Origin: an uncultured Clostridia bacterium
GTDB lineage: Bacteria; Bacillota; Clostridia; TANB77; CAG-508
Reading direction: 5' to 3'
NCBI GenBank assembly: GCA_963558185.1
Contig: CAUWFE010000004.1
Location: forward strand, 2,395 to 66,394
Length of the DNA: 64,000 bases
The position numbers were made by a program, and so were the translations under genes. Position 1 is the first letter of the stretch, and every line of letters starts with the position of its first letter. The notes under the pieces were generated by a model. The model had not been told where the DNA came from. It saw only the letters and a list, made by a program, of their open reading frames with translations, and ran no database searches. Of the stretch, positions 59,335 to 64,000 are shown piece after piece.

Positions 59335-61707
59335 TTAATTTTTTGTTGTGAATTTTAGTTTATTATCATTTAAATCACAGTAAACAGTTTGTCCATTTTT
59401 CAAAATAGACATTAAAATCATATCAGAAAGTTCATCTTCTACATATCTTTGAATTGCCCTTCTCAAAGGACGTGCACCATATTTTAAATCAGTACCTTTT
59501 GAAAGTAGATATTTCTTTGCATCTTCAGAAATTTCTAAAATAATATCTTTATTTGCAAGAGCTTTTTTAGTATCTAACAACATTAAATCTACAATTTGTA
59601 ATAATTGTGTATCAGATAAATTCTTAAAGCAAACAATTTCATCTACACGATTTAAAAATTCTGGTCTGAAAGTTTCCTTTAATGCATCAAATATTTTATT
59701 TTTTTGTGAAGCTTCTGCATTTCCAAAACCAATAGAGTTTACATTTTGTGCAGAACCTGCATTTGATGTCATAATAATAATTGTATTTTCAAAACTTACA
59801 GTATTCCCTTGAGAATCAGTTAATCTACCATCATCTAATATTTGTAATAATATATTAAATACATCAGGATGAGCTTTTTCGATTTCATCTAGTAAAACTA
59901 TAGAATATGGTTTACGTTTAACTTTTTCTGTTAATTGGCCTGCATCATCATAACCAACATAACCTGGAGGTGAACCAATAAGTTTTGAAGTTGAATGACT
60001 TTCCATATATTCGGACATATCTATTCTAATAATAGAATCTTCATTGCCAAACATTTCATAAGCTAAACTTTTAGCAAGTTCGGTTTTTCCAACACCAGTA
60101 GGTCCAACAAAAATGAAAGAAGGTGGTCTTTTTGTACTTTTTAGGCCAGCACGGTTTCTTCTAATTGCTCTTGAAACTGCTTCTACTGCTTCATCTTGTC
60201 CTATAACACGTTTATGAAGATTTTTTTCTAAATTTAGTAACTTAATAGTTTCTTCTTCAGTTATTTTTTGAACTGGAATTTTTGTCCAACTTTCAATTAC
60301 ACCAGCAATATCTTCAGTATTTAATTGCATAGGTTTTAAATTAGCTTGAAGAGTATTAAATTTTTCTGTCAAATTACATTCTTTAGCCTTTAATTCAGCA
60401 ATTTTTTTATAATTTTCATCAGAGGTATTTTCGTCAGAAGTTGTTTTATCTTCTAAACTAGCAAGTTCTTCTTTTAATTCATTAAGAGCCTTTTTAGTAA
60501 TTTCTAATTCATATAATTCTTTATTACCTAAATTGATACGAGAACATGCTTCATCTAAAATATCTATTGCTTTATCAGGTAAAAATCTATCATGAATATA
60601 TTTTTCAGACATTATAACAGTTTGACGAATAATATCTGTAGATATTTTTACTTTATGATATTCCTCATAATATTTTTTTACACCTTCTAAAATATCTATA
60701 GTGTCAGAAATTGAAGGTTCTTCAACTATTACTGGTTGAAATCTTCTTTCTAAAGCACTGTCTTTTTCAATATATTTACGATATTCTTTTAAAGTAGTAG
60801 TACCAATTAATTGAATATCTCCATTAGAAAGAGAAGGTTTTAATATATTTGCAGCATTCATTGAATGTTCGCCATCACCAGCACCAATAATATTATGAAT
60901 TTCATCTATAACTAATATTATATTTCCTGCATCTTTACACTCGTCTATAATAGATTTCATTCTAGCTTCAAATTGACCTCTAAATTGTGTACCAGCAATT
61001 ACAGCAGTCATATCTAATAAATATACTTCTTTATCTAAAAGTTTAACAGGTACATTATTATTAGCAATACGTATAGCTAAACCTTGAGCAATTGCAGTTT
61101 TACCTACACCAGGTTCACCAATTAAACAAGGGTTATTCTTAGAACGGCGATTTAAAATTTGAACAATTCTTTCAATTTCTCTATCACGACCAATTACAAT
61201 GTCTAATTGATTATTTTTAGCTTTTAAAGTTAAATTGGTACCATAAGTTTCAAGAGTTTTTCTCTTTTTCTCTTTTTTAGTATTTTCTTTTTTAACTTTT
61301 TTATCATTTTTTGAAGAATCATTTTTTTCAGAATCTTTATTATCTGATTTATCTCCTAACATATTTGAAAATATAGCACCTATAGGAATAGCAGTAGCAC
61401 TAAACATGTTTTTCATCTCCTCAGGGTCTATATTATTAAGTTCTTCTAAATCTTCCTTACTGATATCATCAAGTTCATCTATATTTAAATTATTGGTTAC
61501 ATTATTCAACATATTTTGGATTTGACTTGTCATATTTTGAAGGTCTTTTTCAGATAAATTTATACTTGCAACTCCGCCTTGAAGAGGATTAATTCCTTTT
61601 TCTTTAGCACAACTTTCACAAATTCCTTCTGTTGCAGTAGAACCATCTGCTAATTTTTTATTAATAAAAATAGTGGCTTCATTTTTTTTACATATTGAAC
61701 ATAACAT
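59335..61707 (-). CDS. clpE: Clp/Hsp100 AAA+ ATPase with an N-terminal zinc-ribbon (ClpE type)
   Basis: N-terminal CSICKKNEATIF...GICESCAKEKG (Cys4) as in ClpE. Two AAA modules with Walker A GEPGVGKTA and GPTGVGKTE, and the Clp signature DEIHNIIGAG. Confidence 0.8.
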   Translation of the reverse strand: MLCSICKKNEATIFINKKLADGSTATEGICESCAKEKGINPLQGGVASINLSEKDLQNMTSQIQNMLNNVTNNLNIDELDDISKEDLEELNNIDPEEMKNMFSATAIPIGAIFSNMLGDKSDNKDSEKNDSSKNDKKVKKENTKKEKKRKTLETYGTNLTLKAKNNQLDIVIGRDREIERIVQILNRRSKNNPCLIGEPGVGKTAIAQGLAIRIANNNVPVKLLDKEVYLLDMTAVIAGTQFRGQFEARMKSIIDECKDAGNIILVIDEIHNIIGAGDGEHSMNAANILKPSLSNGDIQLIGTTTLKEYRKYIEKDSALERRFQPVIVEEPSISDTIDILEGVKKYYEEYHKVKISTDIIRQTVIMSEKYIHDRFLPDKAIDILDEACSRINLGNKELYELEITKKALNELKEELASLEDKTTSDENTSDENYKKIAELKAKECNLTEKFNTLQANLKPMQLNTEDIAGVIESWTKIPVQKITEEETIKLLNLEKNLHKRVIGQDEAVEAVSRAIRRNRAGLKSTKRPPSFIFVGPTGVGKTELAKSLAYEMFGNEDSIIRIDMSEYMESHSTSKLIGSPPGYVGYDDAGQLTEKVKRKPYSIVLLDEIEKAHPDVFNILLQILDDGRLTDSQGNTVSFENTIIIMTSNAGSAQNVNSIGFGNAEASQKNKIFDALKETFRPEFLNRVDEIVCFKNLSDTQLLQIVDLMLLDTKKALANKDIILEISEDAKKYLLSKGTDLKYGARPLRRAIQRYVEDELSDMILMSILKNGQTVYCDLNDNKLKFTTKN

Positions 61708-61749
61708 TATATTTTTATTGCTCCTTTTTTATATTAATTTCGTGTGTAT

Positions 61750-61778
61750 ATCATACATTAAAAATAGTAAATAGTCAA
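61750..61778 (-). promoter_or_regulatory. Sigma-A-type promoter for clpE
   Basis: On the minus strand: TTGACT (61778-61773), a 17-nt spacer, and TATGAT (61755-61750). Confidence 0.5.
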
Positions 61779-61830
61779 TAAAAATGGAAAAATATAAGCT
61801 TACAGAATGGTAAGATTATTAAAAACTTTC

Positions 61831-61859
61831 TTGCATTTAACAATTCATCATGTTATAAT
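61831..61859 (+). promoter_or_regulatory. Sigma-A-type promoter with an extended -10 for the 61891 gene
   Basis: TTGCAT at 61831-61836, a 17-nt spacer ending TGt, and TATAAT at 61854-61859. Confidence 0.6.
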
Positions 61860-61890
61860 TTGAAATGTAAAAGAAAGAGGGAGAAAGCCA

Positions 61891-62751
61891 ATGAAAAAAA
61901 ATTATATATTATATATTGTTATAAGTATAATATGTGTAATAAGTATAGGAATAGCAGTATATTATCAAATGTTTATAGCAAATGAAGAAGAGGAATTTTT
62001 ACCAGAAAATATTATAAATACAGAAGGTAATAATAATATAAGTGATGAGCCTGAAATGGAAAGGGTAAAAGCACAATTTAATGAATTATTTAAAAATAAT
62101 ATAAACTTTCAAAAAAATACAGTAACAGGGGTAAAAAAGATATATGATGACAAAGAAATAGTATATACAGCACATGTAATAGACCAAGAAAAAGACGGAA
62201 AATATGATGTAAATATTAATATACCAGTAGTTAATATACAAGGAGAAATACCATCAGAGTTTAATAATATAACACAAGAAGTATTTGCGAACAAAGCAGC
62301 AGATGTATTAAATAATTCAAAAGAATTTACAGTATATAATGTAGATTATAGTGCATATATTAATGGAAATATATTATCAATAGCAATAAAATCAACATTA
62401 AAAGAAGAACGTAGTGCACAAAGAGTAATAGTACAAACATATAATTATGATTTACAAACTGGTAAAAAAGTATCATTAAATGAAGTTTTAAACTTATATG
62501 GTAAAGATGCAACTAAAGTAAATCAAAAAATAGCAAAAGAAGTAGGAAAAGCAGCAGAACAAGCAGAAGCTTTAGGAGAAGCAATTAGTCAAACAGGACA
62601 AACAATATATAAAAGGGATTTAAACAGTGCAATATATATAACAGACAATGTAAATAATTTCTTTGTAGGAAAAGATGGAGCAATATATGTTATTTATGCA
62701 TATGGAAATTCAAATGCAACATCAGAATTAGATATTATTAAGGTAGACTAG
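61891..62751 (+). CDS. N-terminally anchored protein, possibly DUF4163/DUF3298 (RsiV-like fold) (tentative)
   Basis: N-terminal TM. The ectodomain has segments such as FTVYNVDYSAYINGNILSIAIKS and IVQTYNYDLQTGKKVSLNEVL, reminiscent of DUF3298-type proteins. Not verified. Confidence 0.4.
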   Translation: MKKNYILYIVISIICVISIGIAVYYQMFIANEEEEFLPENIINTEGNNNISDEPEMERVKAQFNELFKNNINFQKNTVTGVKKIYDDKEIVYTAHVIDQEKDGKYDVNINIPVVNIQGEIPSEFNNITQEVFANKAADVLNNSKEFTVYNVDYSAYINGNILSIAIKSTLKEERSAQRVIVQTYNYDLQTGKKVSLNEVLNLYGKDATKVNQKIAKEVGKAAEQAEALGEAISQTGQTIYKRDLNSAIYITDNVNNFFVGKDGAIYVIYAYGNSNATSELDIIKVD

Positions 62752-62792
62752 AGAATTTAATTCTCTAGTTTTAATTAAAGAGGGAAAAAGCT

Positions 62793-64000
62793 ATGGAAAA
62801 AAAACTACTAATTACTGAAAAACCATCAGTAGCAATGGAATTTGCAAAAGTATTAGGAGCAAATGGAAAAAGAAATAATGGATATATAGAATCTGAAAAA
62901 TGGGTTATTACTTGGTGTGTAGGTCATTTAGTTACCATGTCATATCCAGAAGTATATGATGAAAAGCTAAAATATTGGAGATTAGATACACTTCCATTTA
63001 TTCCAAAAGAATGGAAATATGAAGTTATTTCAAATGTGCAAAAACAATATGAAATAATAAAAAGTTTATTACAAAGAGAAGATATAGATTCAATTTATGT
63101 TGCAACAGACTCTGGGCGAGAAGGAGAATATATATTTAGATTAGTAGAAAATCAAATTGGAATAAAAAAGAAAAATAGAAAAAGAGTATGGATTGATTCA
63201 CAAACAGAAGAAGAAATAAAAAGAGGAATAGAAGAAGCAAAAGATTTATCAGAATATGATAGTTTATCAGATAGTGCATATTTAAGAGCAAAAGAAGATT
63301 ATTTAATAGGAATTAATTTTTCTCGTCTATTAACACTAATATATGGAAGAAGAGTAGCCTCACAAATAAATGAAGAAAGAATATCTATTTCAGTTGGAAG
63401 AGTAATGACATGTGTATTAGGAATGGTGGTAGAAAGAGAAAGAGAAATAAGAAATTTTGTAAAAACACCATTTTACAAAATAATAGGTAACTTCGGAGAT
63501 TTAAAAGCAGAATGGAAAGTTAATGAAAAGTCTAAAATGTGGGAATCTACAAAATTATATAATGAAACAGGCTTTAGAAAATTAGAAGATGCAAAGGAAT
63601 TTATACTTTCATTACAAGGTAAAAAAGCAATAATTACAGATATCAAAAAAACAAAACAAAAAGAAAATGCTCCATTATTATTTAATTTAGCAGAAATACA
63701 AAATGAATGTACAAAAAGATTTAAAATAAAGCCAGATGAAACATTAGAGATTATTCAAAATTTATATGAAAATAAATTAGTAACATATCCTAGAACAGAT
63801 GCAAGGGTATTATCAACAGCAGTAGCAAAAGTAATAACTAAAAATTTAAATGGAATTGCAAAAGGATATCAAGATGAAGAAGTACAAAAATATATAAAAA
63901 AGATGTCAGAAGAAAAGTATAAAACAAATTTAATAGGAACAAAATATGTAAACGATAGCAAAATTACAGACCATTATGCAATTATTCCAACAGGACAAGG
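62793..64000 (+). CDS. topB: DNA topoisomerase III (type IA). The 3' end lies outside the window.
   Basis: ATG at 62793. Toprim N-terminus MEKKLLITEKPSVAMEFAKVLG...WCVGHL, DSGREGEYIFR, and the catalytic-Tyr region LVTYPRTDARVLS. The frame is open to the window edge. Confidence 0.85.
   Translation, partial: MEKKLLITEKPSVAMEFAKVLGANGKRNNGYIESEKWVITWCVGHLVTMSYPEVYDEKLKYWRLDTLPFIPKEWKYEVISNVQKQYEIIKSLLQREDIDSIYVATDSGREGEYIFRLVENQIGIKKKNRKRVWIDSQTEEEIKRGIEEAKDLSEYDSLSDSAYLRAKEDYLIGINFSRLLTLIYGRRVASQINEERISISVGRVMTCVLGMVVEREREIRNFVKTPFYKIIGNFGDLKAEWKVNEKSKMWESTKLYNETGFRKLEDAKEFILSLQGKKAIITDIKKTKQKENAPLLFNLAEIQNECTKRFKIKPDETLEIIQNLYENKLVTYPRTDARVLSTAVAKVITKNLNGIAKGYQDEEVQKYIKKMSEEKYKTNLIGTKYVNDSKITDHYAIIPTGQ

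Noticed and set aside
61760-61785. A CtsR operator upstream of clpE. The direct heptads AGTAAAT AGTCAAT overlap the -35.
   Set aside because: The CtsR consensus is RGTCAAA-NAN-RGTCAAA with 10-bp phasing. Here the heptads are directly adjacent (7-bp phasing) and each has mismatches, so the site cannot be supported by eye.
1-64000. tRNA, rRNA, tmRNA, RNase P or SRP RNA genes, and transposases, integrases or phage genes.
   Set aside because: No intergenic segment shows the GC-rich cloverleaf signature (for example GTTCGAATC-type T-arms) or long conserved rRNA-like sequence. No ORF resembles a DDE or serine/tyrosine recombinase. The accessory loci show no flanking repeats indicative of mobility.

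Overview
This is a very AT-rich, low-GC Firmicutes-type chromosomal segment, Clostridia-like with a sporulation gene set. All calls come from reading the translated ORFs and the DNA by eye; no database search was run.

Most of the window is conserved housekeeping. It contains spoIIE (3' part), acpS, tatD, htpX-lemA, xth, an AI-2E permease and a DUF368 membrane protein. It also contains rpoB-rpoC, gdpP-rplI-dnaB, tilS, ftsH, a Dgt-like HD hydrolase and an SDR. Further on are a SpoVD/PBP2B-type PBP, minD-minE-rodA, dusB, mazF, an SH3b-NlpC/P60 hydrolase, comEC, pgsA, clpE and the 5' part of topB. No rRNA, tRNA, CRISPR array, transposase or integrase was seen.

Two accessory surface-protein loci interrupt this backbone.
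- Locus A (6.0-11.8 kb) has a 1578-aa repeat protein with a type-IV-pilin-like N-terminus, followed by two small paralogous anchored proteins.
- Locus B (35.0-45.7 kb) has a pilin-leader GLUG-repeat protein followed by a 2994-aa SpaA/Cna-B-like repeat protein.

The most interesting signal is a near-identical 66-bp promoter cassette placed directly upstream of both pilin-leader genes. It consists of three ATGTAAY heptads at 11-bp phasing fused to TTGAAT-17-TATAAT. This suggests a dedicated, activator-dependent regulon for an unusual family of Glu5-less pilin-leader giant proteins. No pilus machinery and no regulator lie nearby.

Other points:
- a ~180-nt rod-shaped structured element, possibly a 6S-like RNA
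- a promoter plus terminator unit in a ~430-nt rpoB upstream region
- a mazF with no adjacent antitoxin
- minDE without an adjacent minC
- a mosaic 585-bp tandem duplication inside the giant gene
- six single-base frameshifts in otherwise conserved genes, which most likely reflect assembly indel errors
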